Shown here one piece after another: positions 24,917 through 40,597 of a stretch of 64,000 bases of DNA (its first letter is position 1; each line of letters opens with the position of its first letter). The translations under genes and the position numbers were made by a program. Under the pieces are notes generated by a model, which made no database searches, was not told where the DNA came from, and saw only the letters and a program-made list of their open reading frames with translations. Source of the DNA: Octopus vulgaris (Eukaryota); contig OX597832.1 in the NCBI GenBank assembly GCA_951406725.2, positions 69,192,001 to 69,256,000 of the forward strand, read 5' to 3'.

Positions 24917-26650
24917 CATCATTAATATTATTATTATTATTATTATTATTATCATCATTAATATTATTATTATTATTATTATTATTATTTCAGTGCTATT
25001 ACATCCTAATTTAATTAGTGGGAGTTTATCCTCAGATTTGTTAGCAATAGTTCCCTCAAATCTCAAGAATCTTTCTTAAGTTTCATGCAGAATGCAAGTT
25101 ACCACTTCCTAATCATTATTATTTTTATCATTATTGTCATTATTATTGTCATCATCATCATCATCATCATTATTATTATTATTATTATTATTATCATTAT
25201 TATTATTATTATTATTATTATTGTTGTTATTGTTATCATTATTGTCATTATTATTGTTATTATTATTATTATTATTTCTTCATCAACATATCTTTACCTG
25301 CAAACATAAATATTGTGAAGAGAGAGAGAGCATGAAAGTTGAAAAGTACTAAGACCTAGTACTGGAAGTGAAACACATGCATAAACTCTGAAGAATGAAG
25401 TGATATTTGTTGTGGTTGGTGCATCTGTGACCTTCTCAAAGAAAGCCAGAATTATCAAACATCATAGGAAGTGCAGAAATGGCAGTAATACTGAGCAGAG
25501 GACATGTATTGATAAAGGTGATACATATCTATGATGCAGAAGGAAGCTGAAACATGACAAAGATAAATCAGGAAAAGAAATAATAATAATAATGATGATA
25601 ATAATGGCAATAATAACAATCTGTAACAAGGCTAGGAATTTGAGAAGGAGCAGTCAAAATTATAAGTCCTTGTATGTGAATCCTACTTGAATTTATAGAA
25701 CATAAAAAGATGAAAAGCAAGGCTGACCTTGTCAGAATTTGAGCCCAGAATGTAAAGAGCTAAAATATATATTTTGTAAACCATTTTGTGTTATGTTCTA
25801 ATGTTTCTACCAATTTATAAGCCTAATAATAATGGCTTTGGATTTAGGCACAAGCCAGCAATTTTAAGGAGAGAGAGGTAAGTGATCATACACAGCATTT
25901 GACTGGTATATTTTTATCTGTAGAAGGATGAGAAACAAATTTGACAGCAATGAGATTTGAACTCAGTATGGAAAGAGTTAGGATCATCATCATGCTGGCA
26001 TGGATCTGATGGTTTGGCAAGAACAGACGTGCCAGAAGGCTCCACCAAGTTCTGTGTCTGTTTTGAAATTGTTCTACTGCTGGATGTCTTTCCAAATGCC
26101 AACCACTTTAACAGAGTGTATTGATAGCTTTTAGCATGGCACCAGCACCAACGACATCACCAAGTACCTACAAATTCCTCTCAAATGGGTGGGGTATAGA
26201 CTGAAGGAATAAAAGGTATGATAGAGGAAGAGTGGCAGATGCTTTGCTGAAGAGGTGAATGCATAACTTGCCCATTCAGAAAGTAAGAAAAAGAAAGAGA
26301 TGTGAAGTTCAAATGCATCACGAATATGAGAGAGAATAAGATAGAAGAGCAGAAAAGATGGATGTGTGGATGAGTGCACTGACAGATGATGAGAGAATGA
26401 TTTCACTAATCCAGGTAATAGCGGTTTCAAATTTTGGCACAAGGCCAGCAATTGCAAGGGAAAGGTAAATTGATTACATCAACTCCAGCACACAACTGGT
26501 ACTTAATTTATCGATCCTGTAAGAATAACAGACCAAGTCAGTCTCGGCAAAATTTGAACTCAGAACATAAAGGTGAACAAAATGCTGCTAAGCATTTTGC
26601 ATAGCATGGTAACAATTCTCCTAGTTCACAGTCTTATATAATAATAGTAA

Positions 26651-26695
<45 letters not shown>

Positions 26696-26704
26696 CAATA
26701 GCAG

Positions 26705-27010
26705 CAGCGTCATCGTCATCGTCGTTGTTTACCATTCGCTTTCCATGCTGGCATGGGTTGGACAGTTTGACTGAGGGCTGGCGAGCCAGAAGGTTGCACC
26801 CGGCTCCAATCTGATCTGGATAAATTTCTACAGCTGGATGCCCTTCCTAATGCCAACCACTCCGAGAGTGCAGTGGGTGCTATTACGTGCCACTGGCACA
26901 AGGGCCTGTCAGGCAGTACTGGGATCGACCATGCACAAATGGTGCTTTTTATGTGCCACCTGCACAAGAGCCAGTCCAGCGGCACTGACAATGACCATGC
27001 TCGAATGGTG
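26705..27010 (-). mobile_element. SINE-like family D
   Basis: tttccatgctggcatgggttggac...ctggatgcccttcctaatgccaaccactcc. Confidence 0.8.
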
Positions 27011-29491
27011 TTGTGGTGGAACGTTGATTATATTGATCCCAGTAGTTGACTGATACCTTGTTTTAATGACTCAGGAGAGATGGAAGGTAAAGCTGAGGTC
27101 AGCAGGATTTGTCACCAGAATGCAGAAAGCTGAAAGGCATACTGCAAAACCCTTTCTGCAATGTTCTAATATTTCTACCTGTTCAATAAGTGATTTTATT
27201 TACCTCACAGATATCGAATAAGAACATAAAAGACATGTAAATTGATTGTGAGTATTTGGGGGTGGGAGAGGAGTTTTACATCAGAAACTCAAAGAAGAAA
27301 ATCGTAGGTTTAGTTTAAGAATGGTTCATTGTGAGATTCCGTTAAAGTTTGTTTCAAAAGTGGTGGAGATTTTGATGTAATTTCATCTAATAAGCAGAGG
27401 CATTGTTCAGCAAATGGTTATTGTTTTAATTGATGGTGATGGTGAGGGATAGGGGAAGGTTGGTGGTGGTAGTATTGGAAGTCATCATATTGATGGGAAG
27501 TGTAGGAAAGGAAGGTGGTGGGGGAGGACATTAGAACTGTAATTAAATATAATATTCATAAGCAATGCCAATTAAATAACATACAGTAACTACCACATAT
27601 TAAACTATCAAACACAAACTTGATTTCATTTTTCTAGTTTAAAAATTATTTTGCTTTTTTATTGTTTTTTTTAATGTTTTTCTATTTTTTTCATAAATTT
27701 GTTCAGGAATTTATATTGAATATCATTTTCTAAAACACAATTAAAAATATGGTTAAAATTGGTTTTTATTGCTCATAATTGAAAACTAAACTGTAGTGTT
27801 CTATTTGTTTATTTTTGTTCTATTTTAACTCTATTTTTTCTTTTCTATTTTGTTTGTCTATTTAAAGGAATGAATTCATATGATATAATATTATATAATA
27901 CCAAAATTAGTTCATTTTCAAATTTATAGTTAAATGTCTCATTTTTATATATTTCTTGGTTAATTTTTAAAGATCTTTTATAGGCATTTTTGATTTTTAA
28001 ACAGAACAAAAAAAACCCATTAAAACTTAAAATAATAATATATCAATAAAAAAAATAATAATGATGATAAACAGAAAGCGTTCTCTAATACTTGATTTAC
28101 TTTCATCTTAATTTTGCCTTTATAAATTCCCAAATATATAATATAAAAAAAACAGCCACAATTCACAAATTTTAAAAGAACCAAACTTTGGAAATAATAA
28201 CAATGGCTGGAATTCTATCAACATTTTCTTATTTTCTTCAGAAGCTAAAAGTTTGTATTTCACTAAAATGATATTATATATTTGATATAGTAACTCATAA
28301 TATGATTTTTAATTTCATTTTAAAATACACTTGATGATACACACATACACACACATGCTGCAATCAACTTATAGAGGCACAAACTGTAATGATGCCAGAG
28401 TTAAGGATTTCATGGAATAAATCTGCAAAGTGTACAATCAGGAATCATCTAACACTAAAACTAAATAATGATGGAAATGGTAAGATATCCCTTACATATT
28501 AGTATGAGCTTCTAGAACTAGCAGTTAAATGTTTCCCAAATTATGCCCACAAAAGAAATGATTGATGAACTAAAAGAACCAAAAGAAAATTAAAAGGGAA
28601 GAAAAAGAAAAAGTAAAATGCTCAAAGAATCTGTTTCTCTCTCTCTACACACACACACAAACATGGTTTTAGTCAATGGCATCGAACCTCAGTACTTAGA
28701 ATGAACTCACCATTATCCTCATTTATGTCCATTTCCCATGCTGGTATGGGTTGGATGATTTGACAAGAGCTGCACTAGGCTCCACTGTCTGGTTTGGCAT
28801 CATTTCTACAGCTGGATGCCCTTTCTAACTCCCTGGGTGCATTTTATGTGGCATCAGCACTGACAAGGTCACCAAGTATCTTGCAAGACAAAAACCCACT
28901 CAACGGGGAGGCAGGGGCTGAATTATACTAAATAGTATTCATGGAGTCATACAAATGTGAGCATACCTAAGTTCATTATGAATATATTTATATGCATATG
29001 TGTGCTTATTATTTATACTTGCATTTATGCTTCTGATAGTGTTTGCTGATACATTGTCATCCCCATCATCATTGTTTTAACACATTCCCTTTCCAATTCT
29101 TGCAAGTGCTGGATGAGGTTTATTTCTATGGCCTGATACACTTCTTGTTTCCAACTCTCCCTTGTTTCCAAGCAAGGTTATATTTCTCCATAGCCAGACA
29201 TGTTTCCACAGAAGAATATTGGAAATGTCTGCACACTGCTTGTATGACAATGACACTCATTTACAACAATCATGTGACATCAAGATAAAGAGACACAAAC
29301 ATACATACATATTCATGCATACACACACACATATATACATGCACACATACATATATATACATCATCATCATCATCATCATCGTTTAGCGTCCGTTTTCCA
29401 TGCTAGCATGGGTTGGACGGTTCTACTGGGGTCTGTGAAGCCAGAAGGCTTCATCAGGCCCAGTCAAATCTGGCAGTGTTTCTACGGCTGG

Positions 29492-29573
<82 letters not shown>

Positions 29574-29584
29574 GTACATATGTA

Positions 29585-29732
29585 AGAGTGGCTGTGTGGT
29601 AAGTAGCTTGCTTACCAACCACATGGTTCTGGGTTCAGTCCCACTGCATGGCACCTTGTGTCTTCAACTATAGCCTTGAGTCAACCAAAGCCTTGTGAGT
29701 GGATTTGGTAGACAGTAACTGAAAGAAGCCCA

Positions 29733-29793
<61 letters not shown>

Positions 29794-30030
29794 TGTGTGT
29801 GTGTGTGTATGTGTGTGTATATGTTTGTGTGTCTGTGTTTTTCCCCCTCACCATCACTTGACAACTGATGCTGGTGTGTTTAGGTCTTCATAACTTAGTG
29901 GTTCACCAAAAGTGACCAATAGAATAAGCACTAGGCTTACAAAAAATAAGCCCTGGGGTCAATTTGTTCAACTAAAGGTAGTGCTCCAGCATGGCCTCAG
30001 CCAAATGACTGAAAGAAGTAAAAGAAAAGA
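29585..30030 (+). mobile_element. SINE family A, full length
   Basis: tRNA-like head tggctgtgtggtaag..ggttcagtccc, internal (GT)n, and tail gctccagcatggcc..gactgaaa..gtaaaaga. Confidence 0.8.
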
Positions 30031-32289
30031 AGAGGTAGACCTAGGAAAACTTGGGATGAAGTGGTGAGAAAGGATGTTTGAATGCTGGGACTCAATGAGG
30101 AAATGTGAAGGGACTGGGAGGTGTAGCAATTTGCTGTACTTGAAGAGATGCATCCAGCTAAGTAAAATCACATGGATGCTCCACATGTGGGACCAGAACA
30201 TTGAGATACATTCCTGTTGATCAAAATATAACTTAGCTATCTGATGAATAGATATTGATAAAAGTTAAATACAGACCGAAACAAGCCTTCAATGCTACAT
30301 GATCAACTAAAATACATTACACTAGTGCCCTGGCATGGCTACATTCATTGGAAAGCAGCCATGAAATTTTTTCAATAAATAGAAAAACATTCCTTGCTGT
30401 TTTATGTGAAGTTAACCAATAATGTGTGTGTGTATGTGTGTGTGTTTGTTATTATATGTGTGTGTAAAATCATGAAAATATTGAGCAAATAAAATCATTA
30501 GAATTCACAGTGAACAGAAGTAGTCTCTTGCCATGAACAAAAGTCAATTCTGCTAAAAATTGTTTAAAAAAAGCAAAAAAAGCAAGGACTGAAGGACTGA
30601 GGTAGAATGTTACTAAATCTATGAGGGAAAGGAAGAAATACCATTTTGGCACATTTTTAACCAACAAAAAGATCAATGAGTTGTGTTAAGTGAGTAGTGA
30701 TCAATAATGAAAGATTTGGATAATATAATTACATGAATATATGACGTGAGGTAAGAAGAAAAGAGTAGCATTAATTATATTGTGTGTGCGTGTGTGTTCC
30801 ACATATGTGTGTATGTGTGTGTGTGTATTCCACATGTGTGTATGATGATTTTTAAAACAGAGGAAATTTAATGTTGCAGTTTTATTTTGAGAAATAATAA
30901 GTATAATTACTTAAGTAAACAGATACAATGTCACAATAATCATCATTTTCCTACAACACAATAAAATAGTAAACAACTAAAAAAGAAAGAAAGAAAAGAA
31001 CTCACAAGAAAAAAAAATACAAAAACTAACAATGCAAAGGTAAATGAGATTCTCTTTGACTGCTAGATTAGAACTAATAAGTTTGTGATAGCCAATGGTT
31101 CTTAGTGTACAGGAAATTGCTCACTGAATTAACATGAAAGCTTAAATAATGATTATAGTTAAAAAAGGTTATCAGAGTTTAATACATAAGATATATATAT
31201 ATATATGCACACACACACACAAACACACACACACACAGATAGTTAGCTAGATAGATATATTAATATATAAGTGTGTGTGTGTGTGTCTGTTTGCGTTTGT
31301 GTAAGTATATACAGGATGTAATGAAATGCAAGGTGAAAGATGCAAGCAATGAATAGCAAAGTGTATATTCCGAGAACTAAGACAACAAAAACTATGTTAA
31401 ATTGACCACGACAAATTATATATAAAGTGAGAGAGAGAGAAAGAGCGAGAGAGTGAGGTGGGGTGGGGGTGCATTATATGACTTAATTTTTGACAGCAAG
31501 AATTGATTATATTTTTTCTGCTCTACTAGACAAGTCATTGATTTGAAGCAAATTGATACCACTCACTTTCTTCAGATTCAAAAAGAAAAAAATATATTTT
31601 TACATTTTTATATTTTTTTACACTTAGCTTCTTAACTACAGTGTAAATGACCCAATGCTGTATCCTCTCCATGATAACTGAACCTGCTAAAATGTGAAAG
31701 TAAATCTCCCTCAAATGATACCCTTCAAATGTAACAGGTAGAAGGGATGAAGGAACCCTAGTTAAACTGAGCCCATCAAATAGACAGGGATTGCAAGAAC
31801 GCCTTTGATTATGTTTCTACTTTGATCAGGATTGACCTTGTGCCAGGTAACAACTGAGCTGCAGTGAAATGAAACCAAGGAAAAAAAATTATTAGAAATT
31901 TTTCATCAAAACTTTGCAACAAAGTAGTCATCAACATCATTATCAGCATCATTTTGGCATCAAGTTTTCCATTCTCACTGGTGTCAAAGGAGTCTTTGGT
32001 GGGGCAGAATTTTCAATGGCCAGATGCCCTTCCAAATGAGAGAATTAGCTCCCAGTTTATTGAATAACAAACAGTCAAGACATATTGAGAATGAAAACCA
32101 GAAACAACAACACTGCATGATTGAGTCTTTTGTTAAAGATCGCACAACAAACGCAAACATGTTACGAAGCTGGGACATCTGGACATGCTTTCATGGAAGA
32201 CTGCAACACAGGCTGTGAAGCTATAGTTTACAATCAGAGAACGAACATGTGTAGGTGAAGGAAATACAATCTCATTCCTACAAACTTAC

Positions 32290-32605
32290 AGGCATGCATA
32301 ATAAGTATGTACTGTCATAGAGGTCAGCTGTCTTGCTGATGTGAACATCTCTTTGAAGATCAAAGAGAAAGCAGGTAACTATGGACTGTTGTTTTGAAAT
32401 CTCCAGTTTCTATATCCAAATTGCAAATTCACATTTATACCAATACTAATTGGTGCACTTCTGTTTGTGAGTGAATGCTTCAGTGACAATCTTGAGAAAT
32501 TAGGTTTCTCAAAACCAGAAAGGAGAAAGCTAATTTAAAGACTACAGACCCAATTCATCACTGGAACTGTAAAAATCTATAAAACTTACCAAAAGTTTCT
32601 CATTT
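32290..32605 (+). pseudogene. RLE-type non-LTR retrotransposon endonuclease relic
   Basis: Hand translation VIEVSCLADVNISLKIKEKAGNYGLL*NLQFLYPNCKFTFIPILIGAL. Confidence 0.65.
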
Positions 32606-34243
32606 AAATATATATGAGCATGTCCATATTGTCTCAGCTCATAGAAAAGAAAGAAAGGAAATAGAGAAGGGATTTAAATGCAGAAAATCTAAGGCCATGT
32701 TTACATACTGCAGAACTTATTCCAAGGGATTAGACTAAATTGTATTCAACAAAATATGTTGTGATTTAGTCCCAGGTCAGCCTTGGTCATGTGACCCTAT
32801 GATACAAAGCATTTCAGTAGTGACAATATCATCTTATTTTCCATTCGTGCTAGTTGTGTATTATCCAATGTGTTCATCTTACCAAAATTACAGGTGAAGT
32901 TTAAAGAAGATTTGCCTTCTATTTCTAGCAGATCCAGTGACCTAATACAAGATTCTTTGTTGTTTAACCCATAACAGAGTATGATTTCATGCATGATACT
33001 CACAGTAATGTAAGATGTTAGAGATGAGGGTGAGGAATATAGATGGTGGTATGAATGATATTGAAAGAAAATCTTAATTGCAAATGGGCAGCAAAGGTGG
33101 CCTTGGCTTTAAAAATGTGAAGACCACAAGTGAAACCATTGGGATTGACTTCTTAATGAAGGTCCAGTTTCATAAGAAGAAAAGGAGAAAACTCTTTGGA
33201 GTCCCAAACTCAATCCTACATTTCTGAGAGACATAATTATTAGGAGTGTTTATGACAATAGACACAATCCAACACCCTGTCTTCTTACACCAGCAGTTTC
33301 AGTGTATTTCAATGCCCTGCTATTTGATTTTTCTTCTGTTGTAGGGTAACTGTGCTTCTTAGAAGGTACAGGTAAAAGTGATTCTCTATTTGAGGCCTCC
33401 ACAAGATATAATAGGTTCATGAATAACTCTCCACAAGGTTCCTCTTTTGTTGGAAGCCTCAAGCACAGCCACTGTGACCTACTCACAGACATCACCATAG
33501 CAGTTTAGCAATGACTCATGAGTCACAGTTTCTTTCTTCTTTTTCCTTTGCTACACTCACAGTTCTTGCAAAGATTATAGGCAGTGCAGTGCATACTGGG
33601 AAGTTTCCCAGGGGCAAAGTGCTTCCCACAGAGAAGTCAAGGAGTTCACCAAATTTGTAAAGAAAAGAGACAACAATGTGGTAACACATTGCTGTGTAGG
33701 TACAGTATTATGGGTGGCACGATAACTTGAAATGAGTGCTACACAAAACTGCCCAGGGACACACTCTGCATAAAAGTGTATGGTAAGATTGATACTAGCA
33801 TAGTTTATATGATAAACAAAAAAGTATCAATCATATTTTGTTTGCCTGAGAGAACTCTTACGTCTATGATAGGCACTTCTTGATTTAAAATCATCTAAAT
33901 TAGAGCATTTCATCGAAATTTCATTAATTAATGTTCCTAACACTAGCTTTGATAATGGCTAAATTGTTTTATTTAATTCTTCATTATTTTCAAAATTACC
34001 TGAAATAAAGGCAACGTATTTGGTAGAAATATGGCAACAGAAACAAGTGTGTTAACATTTGCTTTAGAAACCCTCCCCATACACAAGTAGAGCTAATCAG
34101 CAGCTTCTGCAAACTCACCACCTTAATTTTGGTTCTGATAAGTACACGACTGTACCCTTCCCATACCAAATGTCTCGTCTGGTGCTAATGTGAGTAATCA
34201 ATAATAGCAACAGTGATTTTGAACAACAACAACAATAAAATTG

Positions 34244-34357
<114 letters not shown>

Positions 34358-34895
34358 TTAAAGGTTAATTAACAGTAACAATAACCAGCATCTGTGGTTT
34401 ACAAAGTGCAAATATATTGGTTGAAAATTCCTTGCAATGGAAAAAATAAATAAATAAATAAATAAAGTAAAGCAACACAGATATAAAAAACATTTTAAAA
34501 AATCTGTTATCAGAAATTGATAAGAATTGATTTCAATTGTAAAATTGTAAAGTTTGTTTGTTTGTTGTTGTTGTTGTTATTATTTGGCTGTTGTTGCTTT
34601 ACACATAAACACAGCATTCATCTTTTTTTTTTATTGATTTTGTTATTGTGTGTTGTTTTTACACATAAACACAACATTCATTGCTGTTTATTTGACTTTT
34701 AAAAAACTAATTTTTTCCCTTTCCTCAGCAAATATTTCAGTTGTTCACTTAAAATAGAGATGTTTATCATATTTGTTTGATGGGTGGGGAGTAGAGGGAG
34801 CAAGGGGAGGGGGTTGCCGAACCGGTCTTCTGGTCTTTGATAGATAAATAGACAGTCAGACAGACTGACAGAGTTTGATAGGGTTACACAGAAAG

Positions 34896-34926
<31 letters not shown>

Positions 34927-37900
34927 CACACACTGGCATACACACATACATATATATAGAAAGAGAGAGAGAGAGAGAGCTGTTGAAATGCAGCCAAAGA
35001 AGGAAAAATGAAAAATAATAGAATGTCCTGTACAATGAAGAGGAAGAAAATATGGCAGAGAAAAGAAGGAAAGGAGAAAGAAACAAGAACACAAAGTACA
35101 ATGTAGTGACAATGATGATGGTGATGATGATGGGAGGAGAAGGAGGAGGAGGAGAATATTGATGATGACCATCATGATGATGAGGATAATGATGACGACG
35201 ACCGACGGAAGGAGAAAGAGAAGAGAAATGAGAATGAAATGGAAGTGGAGGGGGTGAAGTAAAGTTGGAGATGGGAGGGGAACAAAGCAGAGGTGGGGGG
35301 AGGAAAGGGGTTGGCCCAGAAAGCGAATGAATGCCGATATACAAACGAACTGTAGATAGTTTCATTAATTTAATTACCTTTGTCACATTCCCCACCCTCG
35401 TTAGCACCAGCACATCTACCAACATCACCAACTTCGCACATATCTGCCATTCGCCACACACAAATTTATACCTATTTTAAGCATTCGATAGGATTCAAAA
35501 ACAACTTTGAAAGCTTTGACTATTCTGCCGTTACGAGATTTTTATTTTCGATGCCAAAATACAACTGTTTGTTTATTTGATTTGTTATATATCTTGCTTA
35601 TATTTGCTTTGTTATTATTTATAGCATCAGCAGGAGGAGGAGGAGGAGTTTTGAATATTCACCATTAATTTTATTTATTTATTGATATAGTTTTCGTAAA
35701 ATTTTATTTGATTTGAATTCTTTCTTCTCTTGCAGGGAGGAGTACTTTCACTTTCACTTTAATTCAGTTTAATTTATGTTTTCTGAAAAGTTTTTTAGAA
35801 AAATGATTGTGCTTGTTTTTTGTTTGGTGGTTGTTAATTTTTATTTTTCACATTCAAAAGTAATTTATTCGTTTAAATTTATACCTTCACTCGTTTAGGC
35901 CAAAATAATGAGATCTAAAATTTAATTGTCTCATTATTTCTACATGATGAGTGATAAGAGTATGAGTCAAAGACGGACAGACAGACAATGATGTGTGATA
36001 GTAAGTAAAGAAACTTAACTAAGCATTGAGTTCAAATCCTGAAGTGGGGTACTTTGCATTTCCTTCTTAGGTACCAGTAATATACTGGGAGTTTACAAGG
36101 ACAGATTGTTGATTCACTTGACCATAAACCGCACTAAAAGAGAGTGTGAGGCTTTGTGGTTGCTTATGTTTAAAGAAAATATTGGCAGAACACAGACTAC
36201 AAATGTCGGTGGAATGTATAGTTGATGTTATTGACCTCAATATACAACTTGTATTTTACTTCATCCACCAAAGAAGGATCTGAATTTGCCATTGAAATTA
36301 TATCTCAATGTGAATAGTTTCCTTAGATTGGAATCAGACTATCGATTTAATAGGGAACCATATGTCAGTTTGTGAATCCATTGTAGGTCCAGTAATAATT
36401 TGTTGGAGAACTTGATAATGGCAACAATAACAACTTGAACGATGGTATTACTGGAAGTTGGTTATGTGGTTGAATAAACACGTTATTTAACACTGTTCTA
36501 CTTTGTCTAGCTGTAAGGAAAAGGTACTCAGACCCTCTGGTAGTGTTACCTGTGATATTCCTGTTGTTTGTTGAGTACAAAGTCAGTTCTGCTTGAACAG
36601 GCCTACATTTAAAGATGAGCACCTTTGGTTATGCACTCTTAAAATGAGCAGCCTTGGTTATGTCCTCTTGTTGAATATCAGAAGCTACATTGCCCAATAT
36701 ATATAAAGATATATATATATATATATTTATATATATTATATATATGCCTAAATTTAAGTAAATAACATATGATTTGAGGGAGATTTAATTGCTTCTTATA
36801 GCAAGATGAGGCCCCAAGAAGCAGTTTCCTTGTTTGTTTGACAGCTCAGAGTTCTATTTTCAAATTGTTTGGTCTCTCATCCATGTTTATGCATTGAAAC
36901 CAGAGCAAAGCAGAACCCTGAAAAGATTCTTCATTTGCTTGGGAAAGACATTACATCATAAAGTGTAAAATTATGATGAAGAGAAAGGAAACAACAAAAT
37001 ACTTTTAAAAAAATTACCATCTCCCTCTGCTGGTTATTTTAATAACTTGTTTAGCACAAAGCTATTCTAGGCTTACTTTAATAAATAACAACATTATCTA
37101 ACCATTGCCATTTGGCTACCTCTCAGATAAGTAGCTTTCATTGTGTGTTGAGCCAGAGTAGATCTTGTGTAATTGAAATATTATTTCCAAATATGTTGAC
37201 TTAAAATGTGGTTACACTCTAGGTACATAAGCAACCAGTGAAGAATGGGATATGATTAAATCAATCACACACCTCATACAAAAATGTGTGGCCCTATGCC
37301 ACAAACCATTATTTATTTAACATAGCAAGGTTACTTTATATAGACTGCAGAAAGAAATGCCATTTAGGCATAACATCATTGCATTTAATAGCTGATGAGA
37401 CGAAGATGATGAATTGTCAGGAGATTAAATAGAGCATAAAAGGAAATGTTAAAAAATAAATCTGAATAAAGCACCTTTTAGTTTCACCTATGTTCAAAGT
37501 TTTAATCCTGTTTTTTATCCAGTCAGAGACTGATAACATAAACAGCAATAATATATACAGGTGAGGTGGAGACTAAATCATTAAGTTCCCAAACCCTTAA
37601 ATATATTTCTCTTTTCCTTCATAATCAAAAGAAATACTTATTTGAACTAAATTAGGAATTAGGAATTCTAGCAGAAAACTTTGAAAGTGTCTTTCACCTT
37701 CAGTTCAGTTTTTCTATGTTCTTGATTTGGCCACCACTTCCCTGCCCACACCTACCTATCTCTCATCAAATTGTCTTTTCACTGTTTCGGGGTGAATAAA
37801 ATAAATACCAGTAATATACTAGAACTGACTCTATCAATTATGTCCCACCCCATTTACAAGGATCAACTTTGAGGCAATGAGGATAGCTGTATATTATTGC

Positions 37901-38537
37901 TTAACCTGTTATCTCTCCCAGACCACACACCACTGTATTAAAATAAGAATGAATACATCTACTTTTGCAGTTCTAGATACACTACAACTGATATAAAAAC
38001 CAAACAGTCACAGCTAGAACACTCTTAATCATAACTCTTCTAAATCAGTTTGGACCTGGGGTTTCATAGCTGTGGCACCATCAGTCTTAACCCAAACTAC
38101 ATCAGTTAAATTTCCCTCAGATCACATCTTTTGTAAAAGAGGGAAAACACTTTAGAAAGACACCTTAGGTAATGTTGTTATAAATACTTTATGAATTGAA
38201 ATTAAGATGAAATGATTACAGCTTCAAACATCTTTGATAAATTCAATAAATCTCAGTCAAGACTCATACATTGGAAAAACTGTTACATTTATTGCAGCTG
38301 CTTTTGAGATGTGAGTTCCATGTTCTGGATAGTCTATATCTGGAAGATGTTGAGCTTAAAACTGGAATGCCTTTGAAAGGAGGCCTTACTCATTCACCTA
38401 AGGCCTCAGCTAAACCATAACAACAGCATCAGCACACACATAACCAGCTAATGTCAGTTCTAGAATTCAACCAGAATTTCAACCTCTGCTGGCATAAAGG
38501 ACATGTTGATTGATGATGAGAATGAATGTGATGATGA

Positions 38538-38571
<34 letters not shown>

Positions 38572-39074
38572 GGTGGTGGTGGTGGTGGTGGTGGTGGTGG
38601 TGGTTTGGTGGTGGTGGTGGTGGTGGTGGTGGTGATGGTGGTGATGATGATGATGATGATGATGATTGTAGCAAAGCAGCAGATGAAAACAACCTAGAAT
38701 TTAGCTGCTCAATTCTTACCTATCTTCACTAGTTTGAACCTGGTTTAGAAAATACTTTCAATCAATTTGAAGTAAAATATAATTCTAACTTTTAAGAAGC
38801 TTTGAAGTTTCCTTAACAAAAAAATTTTAGAAAATGCTATAATTATTTTTAATAAATGGAAATCAATGCAAGAGGTGTTGGAAACAAAAATTTGCAGAGA
38901 GAAAAGAAAAAATACAAATGGTGAGAGGTTTTAGAAAACAAACAACTCTATCATTAATTAATATAATTTAAAATAACATTAATTAATAAAAATTGATGCT
39001 TAAAAGGTTGGGTTGCAAGAACTATACATTTACACACATACACATATATATGCCTTTTAATAAAGAGGAGGAAT

Positions 39075-39076
39075 AT

Positions 39077-39152
<76 letters not shown>

Positions 39153-39278
39153 ACATATATATATACATATATATACATATATATATATACATATATATAT
39201 ATACACATATATATATATATACATATATATATACACATATATATATATACATATATATATACATATATACACACACAC

Positions 39279-39325
<47 letters not shown>

Positions 39326-39494
39326 TATATACGCATATACACACACATATATATGTATATATATATACACATATATACATATATATATACATAAACACAT
39401 ATATACATATATATACATATATATATACATATACATACATATATATGCATACATACATATATATACATATATACATACACATATATACAGATCC

Positions 39495-39528
<34 letters not shown>

Positions 39529-39585
39529 ACACATGTAGCCAAAATATATGTGTGCATGTGTGTATTTATATATATATATATACAT
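39075..39585. repeat. Long compound (TA)n/(TACA)n microsatellite
   Basis: Directly visible; it is the source of several spurious Y/I-rich ORFs. Confidence 0.95.
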
Positions 39586-40388
39586 ATCTTCTTTCAAAAC
39601 ACTTAATAAAGTAATAAATATTTTGTAATATTTTATTTATAAAGACAGGAGTCAAAGTTGTATCAATATATTAAAAAAAATGGGAAATTAAATTTTATAA
39701 GTGTTAACAGATACTAGTTATGATAATTAATTAGCAAGTGTGCAATTAACTATATAGTGAAACCAAGGAAAGAATAGAACCACAACTCTGAACAAAATTG
39801 TCTACATTTCTGACATGAAAAAATGAGAAAAATTGTTTGCTGAACTGAGTTCATTTGTGTTGTGAGGCAGGGTGAGTTAATTTTTTTTTTTTATAGGAAA
39901 TGAAGGATCTCCACAGAAGGGGCTATGTTCACTTTGCTTATTCTCACTTCTTTTCTCTTCAATCCCTTTCTCTTTGCTAGAGATTTTTGCTGCAAATATT
40001 ATCAGATTCCAAGGTTTCAAATTGGCTCCCTTACTTTGATAGAGGTTTGATTCAATGATAAAATGCAATTTTGACTTCTTCACTTGAACGAAAATTTGAC
40101 AATATCTTTAATCAATCAGACGCAAGTTTGTTCTATTTTCCCTCTATGATCAGCAACATACAGTTCTAAATATTATTGGCACAGGCAATTTGCTGTTATA
40201 TATTGATGTTACTACAGGAGATACAATGACTGAGTTAGAAGCAGAAGCACGATGACTGTGCAGTTAAAATGATGGAGAAAATGATTAGTAAGTTTAGATG
40301 TGATTACAGCCATTGTTTCATTGACAAACAGACATATAGACAGGTTTCCCCTCTCCTTCTTTTTCTATATATATGTACTATGTATATT

Positions 40389-40430
<42 letters not shown>

Positions 40431-40431
40431 A

Positions 40432-40482
<51 letters not shown>

Positions 40483-40510
40483 TATATATATATAAATATA
40501 TATATATAAA

Positions 40511-40553
<43 letters not shown>

Positions 40554-40597
40554 ATAGATAAAAAGGTGAATATAGACATACATATATACATGTATGT

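Larger units (their letters stand above)
22765..27180 (-). repeat. Cluster of about seven co-oriented family B SINE copies among trinucleotide microsatellites
   Basis: The ..ggatgaaaggcaaag.tgacc..gatttgaactcaga motif recurs near 22.8, 23.1, 23.6, 25.6, 25.9, 26.4 and 27.0 kb. Confidence 0.65.

Noticed and set aside
30235-30295. CTGATGA...GAAAC on the plus strand
   Set aside because: Stems I-III do not pair and there is no GUH triplet.
36363-36689. TG...CA-bounded segment as a solo LTR
   Set aside because: No TSD and no second copy in the window.
38954-39614. Long overlapping ORFs rich in Y/I/C/V/H, and similar ORFs throughout the window
   Set aside because: They are translations of (TA)n, (CA)n, (TAA)n and (CAT)n microsatellites with no domain content.
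39890-40085. Acceptor-like ttttatag followed by a short hydrophobic frame as a host exon
   Set aside because: Short, stop-bounded and without a good donor. It looks at least as much like a heavily decayed LINE RT motif.
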